Positions 1 to 9,553 of a stretch of 64,000 nt of DNA are shown here, piece by piece. Below the pieces are notes generated by a model. The model made no database searches, was not told the origin of the DNA, and saw only the letters and a program-made list of their open reading frames with translations. The stretch is from Candidatus Falkowbacteria bacterium (GTDB lineage: Bacteria > Patescibacteriota > Patescibacteriia > UBA11705), in assembly GCA_003518055.1 (NCBI GenBank), contig DOZJ01000003.1, positions 2,046 through 66,045 on the forward strand, read 5' to 3'. Position 1 is the first letter of the stretch. Each line of letters starts with the position of its first letter. The translations under genes were made by a program, and so were the position numbers.

Positions 1-2
1 GC

Positions 3-242
3 GTGGTTCAGGGTGAATTTGGATTAGGGGTAAAAATGGATTTGATTCCGGAGAATGAGGAAGTGGCGATTGGAGATTTGGTTATAACATCTGGGTTGGA
101 GGAAAAAGTGCCAAGAGGATTGGTCATCGGGTTGATTGAAAACGTGTTTGGGTCGGATGAAGATATTTTCAAAACTGCAACCGTTAAGTTGCCTATCGAC
201 TTTACCAAACTGAATATGATCAGCGTAATTATTAAACGTTGA
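3..242 (+). CDS. mreC: Rod shape-determining protein MreC, C-terminal fragment (5' end lies outside the window)
   Basis: The ORF is open from the window edge. The C-terminal sequence (VPRGLVIGLIENV...KLPIDF) resembles MreC. It lies directly upstream of an MreD-like membrane gene and PBP2, the canonical mreCD-mrdA order. Ends in TGA at 240-242. Confidence 0.7.
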   Translation: MVQGEFGLGVKMDLIPENEEVAIGDLVITSGLEEKVPRGLVIGLIENVFGSDEDIFKTATVKLPIDFTKLNMISVIIKR

Positions 243-245
243 TAT

Positions 246-779
246 ATGATGTGGAAGACCTTTAAATATTCGCTTTTGGTGCTGATGATAATCTTGTTCC
301 AGGTTTCAGTTTTGCCCTTGATGGGGGATTGGATTCAATCGGTAAATATTGTTTTATTGGTTTTAATTTTGGTTTATTTGACCAAGGGGCTGCCGCTAAC
401 TTTGATGTTGGCGTTGATCCTCGGACCTATACTTGATTTATACCATATGATATTTTTCCCGGGAGTAACGATTTGTCTTATTTTGGCCCTATTGATTGTG
501 GATGCTTTTTTTTCCAAATTTTTTACCAACAAATCATTTTATTCATTTTTGTCGATGATTTTACTGGCGGTATTCTGTTATGGCACTCTACTGAGGCTGC
601 TGTTTGGTCTGCAAACAATTATTACCGCGGGGCAAAATTATCCGATCAATCAATATTTTACCGCCTTTGGTCAATTCGCAGTTGAAGTTTTGGCGGTGAA
701 TTTTATTTGCGGCACGATATTATTTATGCTTTTCTATTTTTTTAGCGATAATTTTAAGTCAGTCATCTTGCGCGATTAG
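246..779 (+). CDS. mreD: MreD-like polytopic membrane protein
   Basis: 177-aa hydrophobic protein starting 3 nt after the mreC stop and ending 1 nt before the PBP2 ATG. The call rests mainly on position and membrane topology. Confidence 0.5.
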   Translation: MMWKTFKYSLLVLMIILFQVSVLPLMGDWIQSVNIVLLVLILVYLTKGLPLTLMLALILGPILDLYHMIFFPGVTICLILALLIVDAFFSKFFTNKSFYSFLSMILLAVFCYGTLLRLLFGLQTIITAGQNYPINQYFTAFGQFAVEVLAVNFICGTILFMLFYFFSDNFKSVILRD

Positions 780-780
780 T

Positions 781-2787
781 ATGAAAGAACGCGAGTTACA
801 AGAAGAAAGCCGGCCTCAGGAGGAATTGTTTTTCCTTGGGGATTCCGGTGTTAAGCATGGTCATTTGACCTCAAACCATGATGAATATTGGGTTGAAGAA
901 GCTTATTTGCAGGGGCAGGGAGACAATGTCCATTATTTTGGAATTAATTTATCTAAACGCCGGTTGACCTTTTTTTTAATTATATTGTTTTTTGGCGTGT
1001 TTATTCTCTTTACGAGAAGCGCGTATCTTCAAGTGATTAAAGTCGATGAGTATCTGTCCATGGCTGAAAATAATCGAATCAGGGTTTATTATTTGCAGGC
1101 GCCGCGGGGCATTATTTATGATCGAAATCAAATTGCTTTGGTCCGAAATGTAGCTAATTTCTCATTATTCATCACCCCAGTTGATTTTCCTCATGATAAG
1201 GACAAGCAAGATGAGATGAAACAAATTTTAACTCAATATTTCAACAACCCAGTGGTGACTGAAGAATTCGATAAAATACTCAGTCTAACTCCGCAGCGAA
1301 AGGAATACTACCAGCCGCACGCGGTGATCAACTCAATCGATTATGATGACGCGATAAGATTGAGATTGGCGAGTGCGGATATGGCCGGAGTGTCGGTTGG
1401 GGTGACACATCAGCGTGAATATTTGATGGCGAGCGATAATGCGCAGGACTATTGGCATAACAGTTTGGCTCATGTTTTGGGTTATGTCGGCAAGGTAAGT
1501 CAGGATGAATATGATGAATTTGGCGATGATGGTTATCTCTTTAATGATATCATCGGCAAGAGCGGTTTGGAAAAATCCTATGAAACAATTCTGAGGGGGG
1601 TCTATGGCCGGAAACAAATCGAGGTTGATTCAATGGGAAAAGAAAAAAAGATTATCGCCCAAGACGAGATCGTCAAAGGCGAAAATTTGATTTTGTCAGT
1701 TGACTACAATATGCAGACCAAACTTGAAGAATTGATTCGGGCCACATTGATAAAGGAAAATTTAACCACCGGCGTCGGTGTGGTTCAAAATCCTCAAACC
1801 GGGGAAATTTTAGCTTTGGTCTCTTTGCCGAGTTTCAATAATAATGTTTTTGTGGCCGGGATTACGGCGGAAGAATATAATATTTTGCTTCAGGATGAAA
1901 ATAAACCGTTGTTCAATCGAGCGATTAGCGGAGAATATCCGTCGGGGTCAACAATTAAACCGATGATAGCGGCTGCGGCGCTGCAAGAGGGAATAATTAC
2001 CGTGGCTACGTCATTTCTCAGTACGGGCGGAATCAGGATTTATGAATGGTTTTTTCCGGATTGGCGCGCTGGAGGTCATGGAGTAACGGATGTAAAAAAA
2101 GCCTTGGCTGATTCGGTCAATACCTTTTTTTACATTATTGGCGGCGGTTACAATGATTTTGACGGTTTGGGTAATAAAAAAATGAAACAGTATGGCGAAT
2201 TGTTCGGTTTCAATCAAAAAACCGGTATTGATTTGCCGGGAGAAAGATCGGGCTTTTTGCCGGATGAAGATTGGAAACAGCTGGTCAAAAATGAACCGTG
2301 GTACATCGGAGATACTTATCACATGGCGATCGGCCAGGGCGATGTTTTGGCCACGCCGCTGCAAATTGCCAATTACACTTCGGCTATTGCTAACGGGGGA
2401 ACCCTGTACCGGCCGCGATTAATACATTCATTGATGAAAACCGAGACCGGCGATATTCAAGAAGTGCTGCCGCAAATAATCAGAACCGGTTTTATCGATC
2501 AGAAAAATTTGGACATTGTAAAACAAGGAATGCGGCAGTCGGTGATGATCGGCAGTTCGCGTTCTCTGAGCAATTTGCCCATTCCTGCCGCTGGAAAAAC
2601 CGGCACAGCCCAATGGGGTGGGGAAGATGATGTGCCGCACGCCTGGTTTACCTCGTTCGCGCCATATGACAATCCGGAGTTAACAGTGACAATATTAATT
2701 GAAGAAGGAAAAGAAGGCAGCGAAACAGCCGCCCCAATCGCCAGAGACTTTTATTCATGGTATTATAGTGAATATATAAACCGTTAA
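781..2787 (+). CDS. mrdA: Penicillin-binding protein 2 (peptidoglycan D,D-transpeptidase)
   Basis: N-terminal TM helix followed by a transpeptidase module. Motifs seen: SxxK (SGSTIKP), SxN (DSVN) and KTG (GKTGTAQ). Sits in mreCD context. Confidence 0.9.
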   Translation: MKERELQEESRPQEELFFLGDSGVKHGHLTSNHDEYWVEEAYLQGQGDNVHYFGINLSKRRLTFFLIILFFGVFILFTRSAYLQVIKVDEYLSMAENNRIRVYYLQAPRGIIYDRNQIALVRNVANFSLFITPVDFPHDKDKQDEMKQILTQYFNNPVVTEEFDKILSLTPQRKEYYQPHAVINSIDYDDAIRLRLASADMAGVSVGVTHQREYLMASDNAQDYWHNSLAHVLGYVGKVSQDEYDEFGDDGYLFNDIIGKSGLEKSYETILRGVYGRKQIEVDSMGKEKKIIAQDEIVKGENLILSVDYNMQTKLEELIRATLIKENLTTGVGVVQNPQTGEILALVSLPSFNNNVFVAGITAEEYNILLQDENKPLFNRAISGEYPSGSTIKPMIAAAALQEGIITVATSFLSTGGIRIYEWFFPDWRAGGHGVTDVKKALADSVNTFFYIIGGGYNDFDGLGNKKMKQYGELFGFNQKTGIDLPGERSGFLPDEDWKQLVKNEPWYIGDTYHMAIGQGDVLATPLQIANYTSAIANGGTLYRPRLIHSLMKTETGDIQEVLPQIIRTGFIDQKNLDIVKQGMRQSVMIGSSRSLSNLPIPAAGKTGTAQWGGEDDVPHAWFTSFAPYDNPELTVTILIEEGKEGSETAAPIARDFYSWYYSEYINR

Positions 2788-3001
2788 ATTTTGGTGAGAT
2801 TTTTGAAAAATAATAATTAATAGTTATATGCAGTTTGATTTTTTTCAAATAATCAAGTATAATATATCTTGTTATAACCACCTGAAAAGATGTGTGTGAA
2901 CAGGCGGTTTTTTAATTAACTACAAATTACGAATCGGCTACAAATTTACAAGTTTTAATTTGTTGATTGGTAGTGAATCAGATTGTCGTAGAAAATTGTG
3001 T

Positions 3002-3460
3002 ATGAATGGAAAAATTTTGACACCGGAGGGTTTGGAAAAATTAAAAGCTGAACTCAAGGAATTGAAAGAAGTAAAATTGCCGGACATCATCGACAAAATT
3101 GAGAAGGCCAAAGAAATGGGCGATTTGTCCGAAAATGCCGAATACCACGATGCTAAGGACCAACAGGGTTTGATCAATGCCAGAATTGTTGAAATTGAGA
3201 ATATCTTGAAGATGGCAGTGGTGGAGGAAGCCACCAGCGGAGACCGAATCGGTGTCGGGTCAAGATTTACGGCCGAAGATGACCGCGGTAAACGCCAGGA
3301 TTTCACCATTGTCGGCTATAATGAAGCTGATCCGACTGCCGGCAAAATTTCCAATGAATCGCCAATGGGCGACGCGTTTATGGGGCGGCAGGCCGGAGAC
3401 TCGGTTGAGGTTGATGCACCAAAGGGTACCATAACGTTTAAAATTATTGATGTAAAGTAA
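3002..3460 (+). CDS. greA: Transcription elongation factor GreA
   Basis: MNGKILTPEGLEKLKAELKELK..., with the N-terminal coiled coil and C-terminal FKBP-like domain typical of GreA. I prefer the internal ATG at 3002 to the track start at 2960. A terminator follows. Confidence 0.9.
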   Translation: MNGKILTPEGLEKLKAELKELKEVKLPDIIDKIEKAKEMGDLSENAEYHDAKDQQGLINARIVEIENILKMAVVEEATSGDRIGVGSRFTAEDDRGKRQDFTIVGYNEADPTAGKISNESPMGDAFMGRQAGDSVEVDAPKGTITFKIIDVK

Positions 3461-3465
3461 AGAAT

Positions 3466-3493
3466 CGGCCTCACGGCCGGTTTTTTGTTTTTT
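3466..3493 (+). terminator. Rho-independent terminator after greA
   Basis: CGGCC-tcac-GGCCG stem-loop followed by TTTTTTGTTTTTTT. Confidence 0.7.
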
Positions 3494-3543
3494 TGATATT
3501 TTTGTAGTAGGATAATATTATTACCGCCAGATGGAGGTGGGGG

Positions 3544-3819
3544 ATGAAGAACGAAAAAATATTGGATGTTTTGGACCATTATGAACGGTTTTTAACTGAT
3601 AATGATGTTGAGACGCTCAAAGCATCCAAATTAGATTTCTCACAGTCCCGACAATCAACTTTGGGGCATTGTCTTGATCTGATTTTACGAATTCGTCAGC
3701 TATTAACGATAGATAGAGATGAAGCATTGATTAGGTTTGGTTTTTTGCAAGGAGTTTTTTGGATAATGGGCATAAAAACCATTTATCAGCTGCAAGTTGA
3801 CAACGGTCAATTTGACTAG
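3544..3819 (+). CDS. Hypothetical protein (91 aa)
   Basis: ORF preceded by GGAGGTGGGGG and followed by a hairpin terminator (GCCGC-gttaaaa-GCGGC + T-run, 3820-3843). No recognisable motif. Confidence 0.45.
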   Translation: MKNEKILDVLDHYERFLTDNDVETLKASKLDFSQSRQSTLGHCLDLILRIRQLLTIDRDEALIRFGFLQGVFWIMGIKTIYQLQVDNGQFD

Positions 3820-4066
3820 GCCGCGTTAAAAGCGGCTTTTTTGTTAGACTTAATTTATGAGTTGATATGGTTGAGTGATTTTTGACTTTTAGCTCAAAAT
3901 TGAGTAGAATTTACTTATAATATTATAAAAATATGCACGCAGGGATAACGATGAATCAGGCAAGAGAGATAAAGAATGCGAATTGATTGGATTAACGCTT
4001 GATGAATTTATTGAGTTGTCATTGAAGTCTTTAACAGAAATTTCTAATGAGTTGGGGTTATAGTTT

Positions 4067-5500
4067 ATGAAAATATTATTAATTCAGCCGCCCAATCAAT
4101 ACGAGGGACACAGCCGCGGCACCGCTTTCTTCCCAATAGGTCTCGGATATGTAGCCGGAGCGCTGCTCGAAGCTGGCCATGAAGTCCAGATTTTCGATAT
4201 CAATGCGTATGATTATTCTAAAACGGAAGTGCTTAGTCGATTGAATGAATTCCAATTTGACGTGATTGGGATCAGTGCCATGAGCACACAGTACAATTAT
4301 GTAAAATGGCTCGCAGCTGAAATAAAAAAGCAAAGGCCTGATATCAAGATAATTTTAGGCTGGGTTTTGGCCAGCTATAATTATCCGGAGGTTTTGAATC
4401 ACACAGCAGTTGATATCTGCGTTATTGGCGAGGGTGAAAATACCATCAAAGAATTGATGTCCAATTTTGATAACTTGAATATTGTTGACGGTATTGCTTA
4501 TAGAGAAGCCGGTAAAATCACAGTTAATAATAATCGGCGATATATAGAAAATTTAAGCCAAACACCGCGAGTGCCATATGAATTATTTCCTATGGAAATA
4601 TACATTGGGATGATCAATGTGATCGGTGTCAAACAAAAAAAACGGACGATCAATATCAGCACCGGCCGTGGCTGTCCGTTCAACTGTCATTTCTGTTCCA
4701 AATCATTTTCCGGCGTAAGGCTGCGGAGTATTGATGAGGTAATGTCGGAAATTGCCGAATTAAAGCAACAGTATCAAATCGAAGGCGTGTTTTTTACTGA
4801 TGAATGTTTGGTCTTTAGCCGGCCGAGAATTCTTGATTTATGCTCCAAAATTAAACCGCTTAATTTGGTTTGGAGTTGTCAGGGACGGGTAAATTTGGTT
4901 GACAAGGAATTGTTGACTGTAATGAAAGAGGCCGGCTGTCGAGCGGTCGGCTACGGTGTCGAGTCCGGCAGTCAGGAGATCTTGCGGGCCATGAATAAGA
5001 ACACTTTGGTTAAACAGGCGGTCGAAGCGATAAAGATGACCGATGAGGTCGGGCTGGAGCCGATTATTCAAATGATGTTTGGCTACCCGGGTGAAAATGA
5101 AAAAACGTTGCAGGAGACGGTCGATTTCTTTACCGCGATTGACCATCCGGGGACTGAGCTTTGCCCCACGACCCCTTTGCCCGGCACATATCTGTGGCAA
5201 TGGTGCAAGGAAAAGGGCTTGATTACCGATGAGAAAGAAGCATTGGAAAAATTAGAAAGTGGCTATATGCCGGACGCGGTAGATGGGTTTCAGATAAATT
5301 TTACGGATTTTCCGGCGGATAAATTACGAGAGGTAAGGTTAGCGGCTGAGGCGCAAATAAGACGCAATTATATCCGGCGGCACCCAATAAAAAGTACGAT
5401 TATGTTTGTGGATAAGGTATTTCGATTTATCAAGCGATTCGGAATTAAGAAAACCATAAAAAAAATCAGTCAAAAGTTAAAGTTAACGCGAGCTGTCTAG
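4067..5500 (+). CDS. B12-binding-domain radical SAM protein
   Basis: The N-terminal Rossmann-like region (MKILLIQPP...GLGYVAGALLEAGHEV) resembles a cobalamin-binding domain. The CxxxCxxC cluster motif is present (GRGCPFNCHFCS). Confidence 0.85.
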   Translation: MKILLIQPPNQYEGHSRGTAFFPIGLGYVAGALLEAGHEVQIFDINAYDYSKTEVLSRLNEFQFDVIGISAMSTQYNYVKWLAAEIKKQRPDIKIILGWVLASYNYPEVLNHTAVDICVIGEGENTIKELMSNFDNLNIVDGIAYREAGKITVNNNRRYIENLSQTPRVPYELFPMEIYIGMINVIGVKQKKRTINISTGRGCPFNCHFCSKSFSGVRLRSIDEVMSEIAELKQQYQIEGVFFTDECLVFSRPRILDLCSKIKPLNLVWSCQGRVNLVDKELLTVMKEAGCRAVGYGVESGSQEILRAMNKNTLVKQAVEAIKMTDEVGLEPIIQMMFGYPGENEKTLQETVDFFTAIDHPGTELCPTTPLPGTYLWQWCKEKGLITDEKEALEKLESGYMPDAVDGFQINFTDFPADKLREVRLAAEAQIRRNYIRRHPIKSTIMFVDKVFRFIKRFGIKKTIKKISQKLKLTRAV

Positions 5501-5558
5501 GGTGAACGCAGGAAAAATATCTTTTGTTGCGAATATAAATTACAATTCATGAAAATAT

Positions 5559-7040
5559 ATGGCAGACCAAAACAATGATGAAACAATTCGAAGTGAAAAA
5601 ATGAACCGTTTGATTGAGGCTGGAATTCATCCATATCCGGAAAAATTTGATAAACAAAATTTGCTCGCCGAGTGTTCAGCGTTAAAAGAAAGCTCCGGCG
5701 TGAAAACGGCCGGTCGCCTGATTATGTTCCGCGATATGGGCAAGATCACTTTTGGTCATTTGCAGGATGAAAGCGGAAAATTCCAAATAGTGCTCAAAAA
5801 GGACGAGGTTGGTGATGACCAATACAAACTGTTCACCAAAAATATTGATTTGGGTGATTTTGTCGGTGTTGAGGGGGAAATATTTACCACCAAAGCCGGA
5901 GAATTGTCGATCATGGTCAAAAAATGGACATTTTTGGGCAAGGCGCTGTTGCCGCTGCCGGAAAAATGGCACGGATTAAAAGACCGTGGGGTGGCTTATC
6001 GTCAGCGATATTTGGATTTGATCGCTAACCCGGAAACAATGGATCGATTTAAGTTTCGAAGTGATTTTATCAAAGCATTGCGGCAGTTTTATTGGTCCCG
6101 CGGCTTTAGAGAGGTCGAAACTCAGACATTGCTTCATAGCGCCACCGGCGCGCATGCCACACCATACAAAACGCATAATAACGCGCTTGATATTGATGTC
6201 TATTTACGTATTTCGCATGAATTGCCGCTCAAGGAATTAATTGTCGGCGGGTTTGATAAAGTGTTTGAACTCGGCAAGGCGTTTCGTAATGAGGGTCATG
6301 ATCCGTCGCATTTACCGGAGCATACGCATTTGGAGCATTACGCGGCTTATTGGAATTTTGAAGATAATATGAAGTTTACGGAAGATATGATCGACTACCT
6401 GTTTGAAACATTGAAGTTGCCAAGGCAATTAACCATCAGAGACCGAGATGGCCGGGAGAAAAAGGTAGATTTCAGCACCCCATTTGAAAAAATTAATTAC
6501 GTGGAATTGATCAAGAAAGATTCCGGTATTGATATTACCAAAGTTAGAGACCGTGACGAACTGATAAAGGCGATTAAAAAACAAAAGCTGGAGATTGAAG
6601 GTATGGATGAAATGGGATTCGCCAGTTTGGTTGATAATCTCTACAAGAAAATTTCTCGGCCCAAGATTGTTGGCCCGGCGTTTTTGTATTATTATCCGAT
6701 TGAATTGCAGCCTTTGGCGCGGCGGAATGATGGCGATAATAATATTGTCGATCAGTTTCAATTGGTTATCAACGGCTGGGAAATTATCAAGGCATATTCA
6801 GAGTTGGTGGATCCGATTGATCAGGATAATCGGTTCAAAGAACAAGCTGAGCTCAAAGAATCGGGAGATGAGGAAACCATGGAAGGCGATCCGGACTATA
6901 TCACGGCCATGAAACATGGGATGCCGCCGATTTCCGGTTGGGGGATGGGCGTTGACCGTATGCTGACGATTTTGACCGGACAGGAAAATCTTCGCGATGT
7001 GGTGTTGTTTCCATTGATGCGTCCAAAGGATAAAGAATAA
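5559..7040 (+). CDS. lysS: Lysyl-tRNA synthetase, class II
   Basis: N-terminal OB anticodon-binding region plus class II core motifs (FRNEG, GWGMGVDRL). Confidence 0.95.
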   Translation: MADQNNDETIRSEKMNRLIEAGIHPYPEKFDKQNLLAECSALKESSGVKTAGRLIMFRDMGKITFGHLQDESGKFQIVLKKDEVGDDQYKLFTKNIDLGDFVGVEGEIFTTKAGELSIMVKKWTFLGKALLPLPEKWHGLKDRGVAYRQRYLDLIANPETMDRFKFRSDFIKALRQFYWSRGFREVETQTLLHSATGAHATPYKTHNNALDIDVYLRISHELPLKELIVGGFDKVFELGKAFRNEGHDPSHLPEHTHLEHYAAYWNFEDNMKFTEDMIDYLFETLKLPRQLTIRDRDGREKKVDFSTPFEKINYVELIKKDSGIDITKVRDRDELIKAIKKQKLEIEGMDEMGFASLVDNLYKKISRPKIVGPAFLYYYPIELQPLARRNDGDNNIVDQFQLVINGWEIIKAYSELVDPIDQDNRFKEQAELKESGDEETMEGDPDYITAMKHGMPPISGWGMGVDRMLTILTGQENLRDVVLFPLMRPKDKE

Positions 7041-7061
7041 TCTAATTAACATTACTATAAT

Positions 7062-7469
7062 ATGAAAGAAATTTTTGAAACCCCAAAAACCGGCAGTGAA
7101 AAACCAGAACAAGAAAAGCCGGCTTTGATAGAAAGATCAAAGCAAGGGAAGGTGGAAAGAAACGCTGAAGATACCAAAAGGGGGCTCCAAGATATAGAAC
7201 GGCTGCGAGAGGAGCTACTTCAGATAATTGGAACCGATAGCTTGAGACGTAAACAAAATGCAACAAGACATGAGGGACGTGATACGAAACGGGAAAGTAA
7301 ACCGATTGGTTCATTCAAGATGTTGAGAAATTTATGGAAAGTGACGCCGCCGGAGGCCAAGACCATTTTGCTCGGCGAATTTTTGTTTAATCCGAATCGG
7401 TTGCGCGAGAGATATGAAGCGGAAAAGGATTTTCAGCAAAATATGGGCGCCCGGTGGAAAAAAGAATAA
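7062..7469 (+). CDS. Hypothetical basic/acidic protein (135 aa). It is the intact paralog of the decayed copy at 9554..9921
   Basis: ORF with a C-terminal block LWKVTPPEAKTILLGEFLFNPNRLRERYEAEKDFQQNMGARWKKE. That block recurs, disrupted, at 9775-9921. Confidence 0.55.
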   Translation: MKEIFETPKTGSEKPEQEKPALIERSKQGKVERNAEDTKRGLQDIERLREELLQIIGTDSLRRKQNATRHEGRDTKRESKPIGSFKMLRNLWKVTPPEAKTILLGEFLFNPNRLRERYEAEKDFQQNMGARWKKE

Positions 7470-7479
7470 AACTGAAAAT

Positions 7480-7730
7480 AAAGTGTCATACTACCCGCCT
7501 ACGTTACACCCTCAGCATGACAAGAGGGTTATGCTTCCCGCCTACGTTAAAACTCCGGCGGGCAGGCGAGAGCCCTGCCTACCGGCAGGCAGGCTCAGCA
7601 TGACAAGGAATTTGGGATTATGCTTCAAGAGCCTTAGTATGACAAGGAGTTTTGGGATTATATTTTCCGCCTACGTTAAAACTCCGGCGGGCCGGCAGCC
7701 TCGGTATGACAAAACGAGAAACTCCAGATA
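7480..7730. repeat. Composite intergenic repeat cluster
   Basis: A 26-nt exact direct repeat CCGCCTACGTTAAAACTCCGGCGGGC occurs at 7538-7563 and 7667-7692. CATGACAAG(A/G)G-type and TTTGGGATTAT sub-repeats are also present, plus a GC hairpin CCTGCC-taccggca-GGCAGG near 7574-7593. Confidence 0.8.
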
Positions 7731-7811
7731 ACAAAAATCGGAATGATTCAAAAAAAAGGAAAGTAAAAATAAACAAGGTCATTAAACAAAACAAATATCC
7801 CCCAAGAATGG

Positions 7812-9464
7812 TTGGCAACTTCAGACCCAGACAACCAACAAACAGCTGAAAGTCAATCTCCGGAAAAACAAAGAATTGAAGCTCAAAAGCGGGAAGTGAT
7901 AACTCGTGTCGAGCAGTTTTTGGATAAATATTTAACCGGTGAGTGTTCAGAATTTATGGCCGATTCTGATGTTGATTCTATTTTTGATTGCATAGAAGTC
8001 GGGAGTTGGGGTGTCTCATCGAGGGAGTATTATCATTTTGAAAATGATGATGGTGAAGAACAGGAAACTCGGGAAGATGTGGCGCGGCAAAATTTAATCA
8101 AATTGGACAATCTAAGACGAATTGCCAAAAGATTAATCGACGCGGCTGATGATATTGAAATTACGAATGACGGTGTTAATTCTGTTGAATTTAAAATAAC
8201 AATGCCATTCACTGTTTTTGCGTCAAAATATCGTTCTCGTTTGGTGGAGATAAAAGCAGCAACCATCTCGGCCGATAAATTGAAGATCCAGATCAACGGA
8301 GGAAGCGGCGGTAAACTTTATTATAACGATCGTCAAGCTGACAATTGGGATAAAACGGGAAAGGAATGGGTGATAATAGATGATTTGACGGACAAGGTGC
8401 GATCGGGGGAACTCGAGCCGGCGGCGGCTGAAGAATTAGAATCCAACCATTTGTTCATGGATTTGTCACGTTTTGATCGAGAAAAGGTTTACGCGCAGAT
8501 TCTAACTAAATACGCTCAACTTTTGGAGGCGGAAACGAAGCTTACTGATGAATTGTCATCATTACGTAGATTGTATCAGGTGGCGCTTGATTATGGCGCG
8601 AAGTCTTTGGTTAAGGAAGTCTTGGTTCAAGCCACGCAGGGAGATGATGAGTTAATAAAAAATCGGCGGTGGATTCGCCGGTATCACGGCAACAAAACCT
8701 TGGCCCAGTTGAATGAATTTATTAAAGATAAACCAAAAAAATTGACGGAAATGGACGCGGAGCGCTGGCGGCTACACCGTTTCATCGAGCGGTTCGCGTT
8801 TTTATATCAATTTGGCCGGAATAAGATTGATGTGAAATATGATCTGGAAGCGCGATATAATCAGATTCATAATGAATCGATCAATATTGATGGCAAGATT
8901 TATTTGAATATTACAGACGACAGTTATACGATTTATTTTGGCGCCGGCGGATTTACTTCAGTTCGTTGGGATTCTCTAGTTCCAGCGCCGATTCCCGGTT
9001 ATAACAGTTATATCGCGGAGGGAAATTCATTTGACGATGATAAGCAGATTGCTGATGAATGTAGTCAAAAATTACGAGGAAAATTTATTGATACTGATAT
9101 AGTGAATCAGATCGGGGTCCACGGATCCACTCACGAAAAATGGGTGGATAGTGACATTAGAATTGCCAGAAAAGATATTATAAATTGGTGTAAAGAAAAT
9201 GAGCTTGATGAACGTGAAGCGATTGACATGATTGCGGCCATATTCAAAAAGACGGTTGAACAAGCGCGGATCAAGGGGATAACAAAAAGCGTTGCAGCCA
9301 AACAAAATAACTTACAACCACCAATTGAAGAAAAATCGCAATTAGACGAATCGAGCGATGAACCACTGGAAGTTCCTCGATCAAATGAGCCGCGATTTGC
9401 TGCTAGTATTGGAGATTTGATTAAACAAAAAAAACCGCAAAAGTCCGGACAGCAAAAGAAATAA
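7812..9464 (+). CDS. Hypothetical acidic protein (about 550 aa)
   Basis: Long uninterrupted ORF. The start is uncertain: TTG at 7812, with no in-frame ATG until well downstream. No recognisable catalytic motif. Confidence 0.6.
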   Translation: MATSDPDNQQTAESQSPEKQRIEAQKREVITRVEQFLDKYLTGECSEFMADSDVDSIFDCIEVGSWGVSSREYYHFENDDGEEQETREDVARQNLIKLDNLRRIAKRLIDAADDIEITNDGVNSVEFKITMPFTVFASKYRSRLVEIKAATISADKLKIQINGGSGGKLYYNDRQADNWDKTGKEWVIIDDLTDKVRSGELEPAAAEELESNHLFMDLSRFDREKVYAQILTKYAQLLEAETKLTDELSSLRRLYQVALDYGAKSLVKEVLVQATQGDDELIKNRRWIRRYHGNKTLAQLNEFIKDKPKKLTEMDAERWRLHRFIERFAFLYQFGRNKIDVKYDLEARYNQIHNESINIDGKIYLNITDDSYTIYFGAGGFTSVRWDSLVPAPIPGYNSYIAEGNSFDDDKQIADECSQKLRGKFIDTDIVNQIGVHGSTHEKWVDSDIRIARKDIINWCKENELDEREAIDMIAAIFKKTVEQARIKGITKSVAAKQNNLQPPIEEKSQLDESSDEPLEVPRSNEPRFAASIGDLIKQKKPQKSGQQKK

Positions 9465-9553
9465 ATGTTAATCAAACAAATTTTATCCTGAATATTAAAT
9501 AAATTAAATGTATGTGTCCATTTGAGAGACCGGCGTAAAAACCTGAGAGTGCT

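Noticed and set aside
7414-7849. ORFs of 65-105 aa spanning the 7.5-kb repeat block (7414..7731, 7618..7818, 7652..7849)
   Set aside because: They run through repeats and hairpin sequence, overlap one another in different frames and lack SD sequences. They are most likely artefacts.
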